In this document: positions 9,950 through 18,979 of the stretch, in pieces
Position numbering within the stretch: position 1 is the first letter of the stretch
How the letters are laid out: each line of letters begins with the position of its first letter
Notes under the pieces: generated by a model
The model's input: only the letters and a program-made list of their open reading frames with translations
Databases searched by the model: none
What the model was told of the DNA's origin: nothing
Position numbers and translations under genes: made by a program
Assembly: GCA_002455955.1 (NCBI GenBank)
Contig: DKLZ01000022.1
Coordinates: 932 to 64,931, forward strand
From: Dehalococcoidia bacterium UBA6627
GTDB taxonomy: Bacteria; Chloroflexota; Dehalococcoidia; UBA2979
Length of the DNA: 64,000 bases
Direction: 5' to 3'

Positions 9950-11104
9950 ATGACTCGGAGGAGTCCTCGAATCCTTGTTTGTCCTCAAGAGTTCAAAGGT
10001 TCGTTAACCGCTCGTGAGGCCACTAGCGCAATAGCTGAAGGTGCCGCAGCTGCACTTGGAGATTCTGCACAGATTCAAGAACTGCCCTTAGCTGATGGTG
10101 GCCCTGGAACCGTCGACGTCTGCGTAGCCATTACTGGTGCTGAACGAATCTCTACTACAGTTACTGGCCCATTTGGTCAAGCTCAATCGGCTTCATACGG
10201 ATTAATGAAAAATAGCGATGACTTTTCTGCCGTTATTGAATCAGCCGCAGCGTGCGGACTTGTGCTTGTACCTCCAGACGACCGTCATCCTAATCGAGCC
10301 TCAACTCATGGTGTAGGAGAGCTAATTCTTGACTCGCTTGAGAAGGGGGCACGGCGAATCGTCATCGGTGTCGGTGGTACTTGCACTAATGACGGTGGAG
10401 CTGGGGCTGCACAGGCCCTTGGAATAAGACTCCTTGATCAAAGTGGGGCAGAAATCCCGCGAGGAACCCTCAACATGATGCGACTCGCATCATTGGATAC
10501 AGAAAAAATACATCCTGAGTTATCCAACGCTGAGCTGTGTCTCGCAGTCGATGTGAATAACCCCCTGTTAGGTGCTAACGGTGCCACCGCTATCTATGGA
10601 CCACAGAAAGGCGCCTGCGATTGGCAACTACCTGGATTCGACGAGGCTCTCTCTACCTGGGTAACAACCATCGAGGACGCCCTCAACTTGTCTTTGGCCA
10701 ATCTGCCAGGCGTCGGTGCTGGTGGTGGCCTTCCAATAGGCTTATTAGCTGCAACACATGCCGCTGGTGGCTCTATCTCCATCGAATCCGGTGCAGCACT
10801 TGTTGGAGATCTCGTCAAATTACGCAAAGCGATCGCTAATGCTGATCTGGTAGTGACGGGAGAGGGTTCAACGGATTCTCAAACTGCGTTCGGAAAGACC
10901 GTCTCTCATGTAGCCTCACTTTCCGCAGAAATTGGAACAAGATGCTGCGTTATTTCTGGAAATATCGATGGGCTACCTGACGGTGTAATTGATTCTGAAG
11001 TTTCAACACCTCCTGGTTCGAGTGTCGAGGAAGCGTTGTTACTTGGCTCTCAACCCATAAGGTTAGCTGCCAAAAAGCTAATTGAGAGAACAATCTCTCG
11101 CTAA
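9950..11104 (+). CDS. Glycerate kinase (GlxK/GarK family)
   Basis: The N-terminal ILVCPQEFKGSLTA matches the glycerate kinase family start (APDSFKGS). Length 384 aa. Confidence 0.85.
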   Translation: MTRRSPRILVCPQEFKGSLTAREATSAIAEGAAAALGDSAQIQELPLADGGPGTVDVCVAITGAERISTTVTGPFGQAQSASYGLMKNSDDFSAVIESAAACGLVLVPPDDRHPNRASTHGVGELILDSLEKGARRIVIGVGGTCTNDGGAGAAQALGIRLLDQSGAEIPRGTLNMMRLASLDTEKIHPELSNAELCLAVDVNNPLLGANGATAIYGPQKGACDWQLPGFDEALSTWVTTIEDALNLSLANLPGVGAGGGLPIGLLAATHAAGGSISIESGAALVGDLVKLRKAIANADLVVTGEGSTDSQTAFGKTVSHVASLSAEIGTRCCVISGNIDGLPDGVIDSEVSTPPGSSVEEALLLGSQPIRLAAKKLIERTISR

Positions 11105-11835
11105 TGCGCTAGCTCTCGATCAATAGTGAACCAAAGCTTCCGATCGGAGCGCGAGCTCCGTGTCAGTAACACAGGTTCACCTTCAATCATTCGTGGACGC
11201 ACTCTATCTCCTGTATCAATCAGATCATCTCTGTCCAACTCTTCACCAGTTTCTTCATCAATCACGTGTCTCAGTGCCGTACGTTCACGAATTTCACCAG
11301 CGGTAATGCACCCATTAAGATCACGAATACCAGCCAACTGAATAAAGACACCATCCTTGCCGCCAGCATGGAGCCCCACAGCAGCGAGGGCGCCAATCAT
11401 TCCATTTCTATTTCCCCCTAAGCCACGAAGTAGAACATTGGACTCCGTTGCATAGCGTTCAGCATCTACGAGCTTAAGTATCTCTTGCTGGCAGCGTCGG
11501 CCCCAAGCGAGAACGTGTGGCATGTCAGTGTGACGAGTCAGGATAGCGATGGCAGGATTAGCCTTGCCGGACGCATGTTCACGAACCAACTGGACCAAAT
11601 GGTCTTCGATATCGAATACGGTCCTATCAGTTTCTATAGCCACTGCAACGGATCGATTGTGAGTTGTTGCCTTTATCTTAGTGCTCTTCAGAAGTTGATG
11701 GCGCGTTATACCATTTGTACGAGCGAAACCTTCCGACTCGATTACTTCCGCCCACTCACGAACAATCTTGCTGGTGCCTCGACCACCAAGGATGTCTGTG
11801 TCGTCCAATCCGATTATGAAACGTTCGCTAACCAA
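11101..11835 (-). CDS. Conserved hypothetical protein (N-terminal IGLDDTD motif; Gly-rich GGNRNGMIGALAAVGL segment)
   Basis: 244-aa ORF with consistent coding potential and no family I can name with confidence. Convergent 4-nt stop overlap with the glycerate kinase gene. Confidence 0.45.
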   Translation of the reverse strand: MVSERFIIGLDDTDILGGRGTSKIVREWAEVIESEGFARTNGITRHQLLKSTKIKATTHNRSVAVAIETDRTVFDIEDHLVQLVREHASGKANPAIAILTRHTDMPHVLAWGRRCQQEILKLVDAERYATESNVLLRGLGGNRNGMIGALAAVGLHAGGKDGVFIQLAGIRDLNGCITAGEIRERTALRHVIDEETGEELDRDDLIDTGDRVRPRMIEGEPVLLTRSSRSDRKLWFTIDRELAH

Positions 11836-11873
11836 GGGCGTGCTCCATTTCCTGTGATGAAATACCTGCTCAG

Positions 11874-12236
11874 CTAGTCGTATCCAAGTTCATGCAGCCT
11901 CGCATCGTTAATACCAAAATGGTGTGCAATCTCATGTAACACTGTGATACGCACCTGCTTAGGAATCTCGCTTGGACGAAATGCGCGCTCTAGAGGGCCT
12001 TGGAAGATGACAATGCGGTCGGGTAGAGCCATGTGATATTCGGTACGGTGGACCAACGGGGTACCCACGTAGAGTCCAAACAAAGATTGCTCTTGCATGT
12101 CTTCTGATAAATCACTGACCTTAGGCTCGCGTTCGATAACAATCTCCACATTATTTAGGTGTGCACGAGTCTCCATTGGGAGTGTGCGCAGAGCGCTTAG
12201 CACTAGTCGTCTGAACCGATTACGCTGCATCGCCAT
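11874..12236 (-). CDS. Zincin-like metallopeptidase-family protein (HExxH; PF06262-like 'possible Zn metallopeptidase')
   Basis: HEIAHHFGINDARLHELGY motif near the C-terminus. Start ambiguous: the longest ORF begins at 12311; internal Met codons at 12236/12230 fit the family's N-terminus better. Confidence 0.55.
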   Translation of the reverse strand: MAMQRNRFRRLVLSALRTLPMETRAHLNNVEIVIEREPKVSDLSEDMQEQSLFGLYVGTPLVHRTEYHMALPDRIVIFQGPLERAFRPSEIPKQVRITVLHEIAHHFGINDARLHELGYD

Positions 12237-12406
12237 CAAAAGAGTAAATGGCCGCCAAGCAACCATGCGAAGTAGTTGCTTTCGCGGATTGTGCTTGTTC
12301 GAATTTATCAAGTTGAATAATTAACTTCCCCAGAAAAAGAAATGCACCAGAAGCAACCTATGTATAGTCCGCAAAAACTTTAACTTGCCAAATTAAAAAA
12401 TCGCTA

Positions 12407-13561
12407 TTGATCGGTGGTGAGTCGAAGTTGGAGAATCGACCTGTGTTCCAACTGACATATCGTGCTCTGCTAACTCTTATGGTCTTAACTGTGTTTGCTT
12501 GTCGTGTAGAGACAATACAGCCAGTTCCTATCGCGCCGATAACAAAAGAAGTCGCCGAGGGTGCCACACGAAGCTACATGATGGGCTTTTCCTCTCTTCC
12601 AGCAGCACTCACTGAAAGTGCCTACCTCGAGACTTACGACATAGCGAGTGCCCATGGAGAAGCATTACTCATCCAACGATCACCCGCTTGGGCTGACTTT
12701 TTACCAGGAGCCAAGATCTCCGAACAATTGCGCTCTCAAACACTCGCTCAAAAGAACGCAACTAGCACTCGGGGACTTGAGCTGATCTACGTTCTCGACC
12801 CATTTACTCCGGAAACGCGTATGGGCCTGCATGGGCTCCCTGATTCACATCACGGTCAGACGCTCTCTAACATTGAGTTACGTGACGCACTTGTCGCAGA
12901 TGCGCTATTTGTTGCTCGGAACTTTCGACCTGCCTATCTCGTGATCGGTAATGAGATAAATGTAGTTTTTGAAAGAGATCCCAAGTCGTATTCAGAATTT
13001 GTTTCGGTGTACTCAGAACTTTATGACGCTGTTAAGAGCGCTGTACCAAGCGTTCGTGTACTAACAAGTTTTCAGTACGAAGAATTCCTTGGGGTAGTCC
13101 CTTGGCTGCCTTCTCATACTGCGCGCTGGAATCTACTCAAAGATTTTGAAGGTCGACTCGACCAATTTGGGATCACTAGCTATCCATCGTTCGCGTTCAC
13201 AAACGCTCGGAAGATAGAACCTTCGTATTACGAGCAGATCAGAGATCACACTGACCTACCAATTGCCTTCGTGTCAGTTGGCTACGCTTCGGGTGCTGGT
13301 CGCGAAGGCATTAACTCAACAACGCCCGCTGAACAAAGACGCTATCTACAACGTTTGCTTGAGGATGCTGACAACTTAAATATTTCGTTACTTATCTGGC
13401 TCATTGCTCGCGATCTCTCATACTTAACAACAGCTCCCGAAAACCTAGCCTCTGAACTTGGTTTACATCAAGCTGATGGAACCCCGAAGGAAGCTTGGGA
13501 CGCGTGGCTCAAAGCATATAAGCGCCCATACAACCTAATAACATCTACGGATACCCAATAA
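12407..13561 (+). CDS. Secreted/lipoprotein glycoside-hydrolase-like protein (clan GH-A-like)
   Basis: Hydrophobic N-terminus with a Cys (LTVFAC) suggests a lipoprotein signal. VIGNEIN matches the clan GH-A catalytic acid (NEP-type) motif. Isolated gene between two minus-strand genes. Confidence 0.45.
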   Translation: MIGGESKLENRPVFQLTYRALLTLMVLTVFACRVETIQPVPIAPITKEVAEGATRSYMMGFSSLPAALTESAYLETYDIASAHGEALLIQRSPAWADFLPGAKISEQLRSQTLAQKNATSTRGLELIYVLDPFTPETRMGLHGLPDSHHGQTLSNIELRDALVADALFVARNFRPAYLVIGNEINVVFERDPKSYSEFVSVYSELYDAVKSAVPSVRVLTSFQYEEFLGVVPWLPSHTARWNLLKDFEGRLDQFGITSYPSFAFTNARKIEPSYYEQIRDHTDLPIAFVSVGYASGAGREGINSTTPAEQRRYLQRLLEDADNLNISLLIWLIARDLSYLTTAPENLASELGLHQADGTPKEAWDAWLKAYKRPYNLITSTDTQ

Positions 13562-13620
13562 TTTGAAAATAAAAAAACATACGGCAGAACCGGAATAACA
13601 CATCCAAATGCCAATCACCC

Positions 13621-14784
13621 CTAAGCATAGTTAAGGGTTCGGTTCGTTAGAGCCCGCGAAATTATGAGGCGCTGAATCTCGGACGTACCTTCCACAATCA
13701 TCAGCTGGCGAGCATCTCGATAGTGGCGTTCTAGCGGATGGTCCATCATGTAACCTTGCCCTCCGAGCACTTGCAACGCTTCCGACGCAACTCGATTTCC
13801 CATTTCAGTAGCGTAAGCCTTGGCAACAGAAAGCATGTGCCCATGCTCAGGCCCAAAACGACCATTATCAATCATCCAAGAACCTTGATAGACAAGCGTC
13901 CGAGCTGCTTCGATATCAATCGCCATTTCCGCAAATTTCATTTGAATCGCCTGAAGATTTATTAGCGGGCCTCCAAATGACTTTCGCTCCCGAGCAAATT
14001 CCAAAGCGTAATGAAGAGCCCCTTCGGCTAATCCAACAGCACGGGCACCGACTACGGGCCTTAGCGAGTTAAGTGTTGCTAGAGGGGCACGCATCCCTAG
14101 TCCTTCATTGCCACCAACTATATTGGCGGCTGGAACGCGCACTTCATCGAATGTCAGCACGCCCGTCGGAATGCCACGTACTCCCATCTTGCGATCAATC
14201 GAGGTCACCTCAAAGCCATCCAGCGATGTATCCACGAGAAATGCACTTAGTGAACTTGGATCAGTGGGGTCAGTCTTCGCGAATACGACCACTTGGTCAG
14301 CGTTTGGACCACCTGATATGTAGCATTTTTGTCCTGTGATTACATAATCGTCTCCATCTCGGCGGGCGCGCGTTTGGAGGTTAGCTACGTCTGACCCTGC
14401 ATCAGGTTCAGTAAGGCAAAAAGCTGCTTTCTTCTCACCACGGGCAACTGGACCGATATAGGAACTCTTCTGATCGTCGGTACCAAAAAACTTTACCGTG
14501 TGCGTAGACAGGGATGAGAGCAACAGCATCAACCCTGCCGAACAGTCATATTTGGCGACTTCTTCAATAGCAAGAGTGAGCGCGAGAGTTCCGGCGTTTG
14601 ATCCACCGACCTCAACAGGCAAGGTAATTCCAAGCAGGTCCGCCGCCTTAAAGGCCTGAAAGTAATCCTCCGGATATTCCCCTTTGGCATCGACTTCAGC
14701 GGCACGAGGAGCGACTACTTCCCTAGCAACGCGCCTAGCAGTCTGCTGAATTAACTGATGTTCCTCTGAAAGATCAAAGTCCAT
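13621..14784 (-). CDS. Acyl-CoA dehydrogenase
   Basis: Typical ACAD N-terminus (MDFDLSEEHQLIQQTARRVA) and a C-terminal catalytic Glu region (...YATEMGNRVASEALQVLGGQGYM). Start placed at MDFDL... Confidence 0.85.
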   Translation of the reverse strand: MDFDLSEEHQLIQQTARRVAREVVAPRAAEVDAKGEYPEDYFQAFKAADLLGITLPVEVGGSNAGTLALTLAIEEVAKYDCSAGLMLLLSSLSTHTVKFFGTDDQKSSYIGPVARGEKKAAFCLTEPDAGSDVANLQTRARRDGDDYVITGQKCYISGGPNADQVVVFAKTDPTDPSSLSAFLVDTSLDGFEVTSIDRKMGVRGIPTGVLTFDEVRVPAANIVGGNEGLGMRAPLATLNSLRPVVGARAVGLAEGALHYALEFARERKSFGGPLINLQAIQMKFAEMAIDIEAARTLVYQGSWMIDNGRFGPEHGHMLSVAKAYATEMGNRVASEALQVLGGQGYMMDHPLERHYRDARQLMIVEGTSEIQRLIISRALTNRTLNYA

Positions 14785-15073
14785 AAGCTCCCTAACACTA
14801 CCGTCTACAAACCACATGCAGCGAAACGGAGCCTACCGGATCAGCAGACTAAGTGCTGTCAAGCTCCACAACCGACGCCTTCTCTAACAAGCCGAATACC
14901 AACTTCGATAGAATCGAATGGTTCTACTAACTATTCAGATTTCCGATTCTTGCGGTCAAATCGTCTACCAGCACGTTGCGTGCCCGATCTAACCGGTTGT
15001 CAATCAGTCTCCATCGCACTACACTTGAGGAAGCGTGGGGCGCTATCTTTTCAATTCGATGAAGTAACTGAAG

Positions 15074-15104
15074 CCTCGGCGGTTGGCTCCGTCGGGGATT
15101 TTTT
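15074..15104 (+). terminator. Rho-independent terminator/attenuator-like hairpin in the rpoB leader
   Basis: 9-bp GC-rich stem (15074-15082 pairs with 15089-15097, including two G-U pairs) with a 6-nt loop, then A + TTTTTT (15099-15104). About 130 nt upstream of the rpoB start. Confidence 0.5.
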
Positions 15105-15232
15105 CGTGTGTACGGTTGGTAACAAAGAGCAGAGAAGCTGCTTGCGCAGCATTGAACTCGCAACCGGACCTAGCGTCTAACGCCCAAAGATGAAGAAGTT
15201 TGCAGGCTACTAAGGGGTTCCCTTTGACCACG

Positions 15233-18200
15233 ATGAACCAGCAGATAGTCCATTCTAATCGGCGTATACCAAGTTTAGTAAAGACATACGGGGCGAGGGA
15301 CAAAGTTCTCGAGATGCCCAATCTGATCGAAATGCCACGGCGATCATACGAACGCTTCAAAAATGAGGGTCTGCAAGAACTATTTGATGAAGTCACACCG
15401 ATCGACGATTTCACCGGTGGACGCATGGAACTGCGTTTCACGTCTTACCGCTTTGAGGATCCCAAATATTCTGAGGCCGAAGCGCGCGATCGTGAACGCA
15501 CTTATGCTGCTCCGATGCGTGCCACAGTGGAATTGCTTGTTAAGGAGACAGGCGAAGTTAAGGAGCAAGAACTGTTCATGGGTGACATCCCACTCATGAC
15601 TGAACATGGCACCTTCATCATCAATGGCGCTGAACGCGTCGTAGTCTCGCAGCTCGTCCGTTCTCCTGGCGTTTATTTCACCGGGACAAACGACCCTGCC
15701 ACTGGGCGTCAACTTGTCGCTGCAAAACTAATCCCAAATCGCGGGGCCTGGCTTGAATTTGAGACATCAGTAAAAGACTTGATCTCTGTAAAAGTTGACC
15801 GCAAACGACGTATACCCGTCACTGTGCTTCTTCGCGCGATTGACCGCGAGGATGGCCTAGCTATGGCCGATCTTGGTACCGACGAACGTGTGAGGGCCAT
15901 GATCGAAGACGTCGATACTGATGAAGACCATTCATTTCTAGAAGCAACTCTTGCAAAAGATCCAACTACAAATCAGGCCGAAGCACTTGAAGAATTCTAT
16001 CGTCGCTTACGCCCGGGAGATCCACCAACGGCTGATAACGCGCGTGAGTTACTGGAGACATTACTTTTCTCCGATCGGCGTTATGACCTTGGCAAAGTCG
16101 GACGTTACAAACTAAATAAACGACTTGATCTCGTTGATGCTCCGGAAACACGTTCCTTGAGGCGCGAGGACCTTTTAGCGATTATTCGTCGCATCTGGAA
16201 TATCAACAACGGTAAAGGGCAACCGGACGACATCGATCATCTCGGTAACCGTCGTGTGCGTTCTGTAGGCGAGTTAATGCAGAACCAGTTCCGGGTCGGA
16301 ATGTTACGCATGGAACGAGTTGTTAGAGAGCGCATGACAATCACTGATCCGGAGGAAGCAACTCCATCTGCACTTGTCAATATCCGCCCAGTCGTAGCAT
16401 CAATGAAAGAATTCTTTGGCGGATCGCAGCTATCCCAATTCATGGACCAAGTGAATCCGTTATCTGAGATCGCACATAAAAGAAAATTGTCAGCCCTAGG
16501 TCCTGGCGGCCTCTCAAGGGACCGCGCCGGATTCGATGTTCGTGATGTTCATTCCAGCCATTACGGCAGAATCTGCCCAATCGAAACACCCGAAGGTCCC
16601 AACATTGGATTAATTGGGAGTCTAGCCTCGTACGGCGTTGTTAATGATTTCGGGTTTATTGAAACGCCATACCGGCCTGTTGCCCACGAGCTACCTAAGA
16701 AATTCAATCGCCAGCTGGAAGGCCGCTATCTTGCTGATGACGTTAAGAGCAGCACCGGCAAGATAATCGGCTCAGAAGGTCAACGGGTTGATGAAAAACT
16801 TGCTCGAGATCTCGGTAATGCCGCTGAAGAGACGATTCCTCTCCGACCATTCGCAACAAATGAGACAGTCTACCTAGACGCGCACGAGGAAGAACAATAT
16901 CGAATTGCACAGGCAAATATTGGTATCGACGATACTGGGAACATTACTGAGGAGCGCGTCGAAGTCAGACATGGCCATACCTTCGAAATGGTGGGCCGTG
17001 TAGAGATTGATTACGTGGACGTATCTCCGAAACAAATAGTTTCGGTTGCTGCTGCAATGATTCCATTCCTCGAACATGACGATGCAAATCGCGCGCTGAT
17101 GGGTGCAAATATGCAACGGCAGGCAGTTCCACTGCTTCGTCCAGAAGTTCCCCTAGTTGGAACAGGAATGGAACTGCCAGCTGCCGCTGACTCTGGCCAA
17201 GTGCTACATGCTGAGGAAGACGGTCAGATCACATCTGCGAGCGCCAACTTCATCCAAGTTAAATATGATTCCGGTCGTGAAGAGCGGTATCCACTGCTCA
17301 AGTTTGTACGTTCAAACCAAGGTACTTCGATCAACCAACGTCCGATCGTAAATCGGGGACAACGAGTCGAGAGAGGTCAACCTCTCGCGGACTCTTCCTG
17401 CACGCAGGATGGTGAACTGGCACTCGGAAAATCTCTACTCGTTGCATTCATGTCCTGGGAAGGTTTGAACTTCGAGGATGCGATTGTGCTCTCTGAATCC
17501 GTGGTGCGTGATGACAAGTTCACGTCAATCCACATGGAAAAATATGAAGTCGAAGCTCGTGACACAAAACTCGGAGCTGAGGAGATTACCCGCGATATTC
17601 CGAATGTAGGAGAAGAAACCTTACGCGACCTCGACGAAGAAGGAGTCATCCGTATTGGCGCCGAAGTTCGAGAGGGCGACATCTTAGTCGGCAAGATCAC
17701 GCCGAAAGGTGAAACTGAACTGACCCCAGAAGAAAAGCTTCTGCGAGCGATCTTTGGTGAAAAAGCTCGCGAAGTTAAGGATACGAGCCTGCGTGTCCCC
17801 CACGGTGAGCGCGGCAAGGTAATAGATGTACGTGTATTCAGTCGTGACAATGGAGATGAGCTACCGGCCGATGTTAACAAAATGGTTCGTGTAGCCGTCG
17901 CACAGAAACGGAAGATTGTTTCTGGTGACAAGATGGCAGGGCGCCACGGGAATAAGGGCGTCGTTTCAACGCTGCTACCACTCGAAGACATGCCCTATCT
18001 GGAGGATGGAAGGCCTGTTGAGATCGTTCTCAATCCAATCGGCGTCCCTTCTCGAATGAATATTGGTCAGGTACTAGAGACGCATTTAGGATGGGCAGCT
18101 TCTACTCTAGGCTGGCGTGCGATTACACCGGTATTCGATGGGGCATCAGAAACTGAGATTGAAGATGCCCTTAGCCGCGCTTGGTTCGCAATTCAATCTG

Positions 18201-18979
18201 GCGCTGTAGATACCGAGGCCGCAATAAAAGCCGCAGACACAGATGTGGGCCAGCGAGTTGACCTCTCAGCGATGGAGGCCTACCTCGAGGATGGAGGCTT
18301 TGATCATGATGAAGTGTTACGTACGGGAGAACCCGGTACGGCTACTCGAGCATGTCTTTCCTTGTGGATGGAAGGTCTCGGCGAAAAAAACGTACGACGC
18401 TTAAGTGATGAGAAGTTCAACGAGCGCGTTACTGCAGTAGCTGCACGAACTAATTTAGCGTCGCCGATTTGGGGCAAACAGAATCTTTATGATGGTCGTA
18501 CGGGCGAACAGTTCGACCAACCTGTGACAGTAGGTTACATCTATATGCTGAAACTCATCCATCTAGTGGATGACAAGATCCATGCACGCTCAACTGGCCC
18601 CTATTCGTTGATTACTCAGCAACCTTTAGGGGGTAAAGCCCAATTCGGTGGTCAGCGATTTGGAGAGATGGAGGTGTGGGCGCTCGAAGCATACGGCGCA
18701 GCACACATCCTGCAAGAAATGTTGACTGTGAAATCAGATGATGTTGTTGGACGTGTGAAGACATACGAAGCAATCGTTAAGGGTGAGAACACGATGGACC
18801 CGGGTGTTCCCGAGTCGTTCAAAGTCTTAGTAAAGGAACTCCAATCGCTTGGCCTGGGCGTAGAGATCCTAAACGATTCCTCGGAAGAGATGGGTTTCGG
18901 CGAAGAATACATAGAGCAAATCCCCTCACTTGGAATCAACCTCACAGGTCGCGAAGCAGAGGATGCTACCCGTGCTTGA
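15233..18979 (+). CDS. rpoB: DNA-directed RNA polymerase beta subunit
   Basis: Full-length RpoB homology. Start set at ATG 15233 ([15 protein letters not shown]...), which aligns with the canonical RpoB N-terminus; the ORF-track TTG at 15200 is the alternative. Confidence 0.95.
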   Translation: MNQQIVHSNRRIPSLVKTYGARDKVLEMPNLIEMPRRSYERFKNEGLQELFDEVTPIDDFTGGRMELRFTSYRFEDPKYSEAEARDRERTYAAPMRATVELLVKETGEVKEQELFMGDIPLMTEHGTFIINGAERVVVSQLVRSPGVYFTGTNDPATGRQLVAAKLIPNRGAWLEFETSVKDLISVKVDRKRRIPVTVLLRAIDREDGLAMADLGTDERVRAMIEDVDTDEDHSFLEATLAKDPTTNQAEALEEFYRRLRPGDPPTADNARELLETLLFSDRRYDLGKVGRYKLNKRLDLVDAPETRSLRREDLLAIIRRIWNINNGKGQPDDIDHLGNRRVRSVGELMQNQFRVGMLRMERVVRERMTITDPEEATPSALVNIRPVVASMKEFFGGSQLSQFMDQVNPLSEIAHKRKLSALGPGGLSRDRAGFDVRDVHSSHYGRICPIETPEGPNIGLIGSLASYGVVNDFGFIETPYRPVAHELPKKFNRQLEGRYLADDVKSSTGKIIGSEGQRVDEKLARDLGNAAEETIPLRPFATNETVYLDAHEEEQYRIAQANIGIDDTGNITEERVEVRHGHTFEMVGRVEIDYVDVSPKQIVSVAAAMIPFLEHDDANRALMGANMQRQAVPLLRPEVPLVGTGMELPAAADSGQVLHAEEDGQITSASANFIQVKYDSGREERYPLLKFVRSNQGTSINQRPIVNRGQRVERGQPLADSSCTQDGELALGKSLLVAFMSWEGLNFEDAIVLSESVVRDDKFTSIHMEKYEVEARDTKLGAEEITRDIPNVGEETLRDLDEEGVIRIGAEVREGDILVGKITPKGETELTPEEKLLRAIFGEKAREVKDTSLRVPHGERGKVIDVRVFSRDNGDELPADVNKMVRVAVAQKRKIVSGDKMAGRHGNKGVVSTLLPLEDMPYLEDGRPVEIVLNPIGVPSRMNIGQVLETHLGWAASTLGWRAITPVFDGASETEIEDALSRAWFAIQSGAVDTEAAIKAADTDVGQRVDLSAMEAYLEDGGFDHDEVLRTGEPGTATRACLSLWMEGLGEKNVRRLSDEKFNERVTAVAARTNLASPIWGKQNLYDGRTGEQFDQPVTVGYIYMLKLIHLVDDKIHARSTGPYSLITQQPLGGKAQFGGQRFGEMEVWALEAYGAAHILQEMLTVKSDDVVGRVKTYEAIVKGENTMDPGVPESFKVLVKELQSLGLGVEILNDSSEEMGFGEEYIEQIPSLGINLTGREAEDATRA

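Noticed and set aside
14927-15441. ORFs 14927-15163(-), 14950-15180(+) and 15043-15441(-) in the rpoB upstream region
   Set aside because: They lack an RBS, have no homology and overlap the rpoB leader/start; more likely non-coding leader sequence containing the terminator hairpin.
17377-17991. Long minus-strand ORFs inside rpoB/rpoC/pnp/dnaE (e.g. 17377-17991, 6248-6856, 22328-22723, 50233-50568)
   Set aside because: They lie antisense to strongly supported essential genes and their products are low-complexity (S/T/P/R-rich), so they are frame-shadow ORFs.
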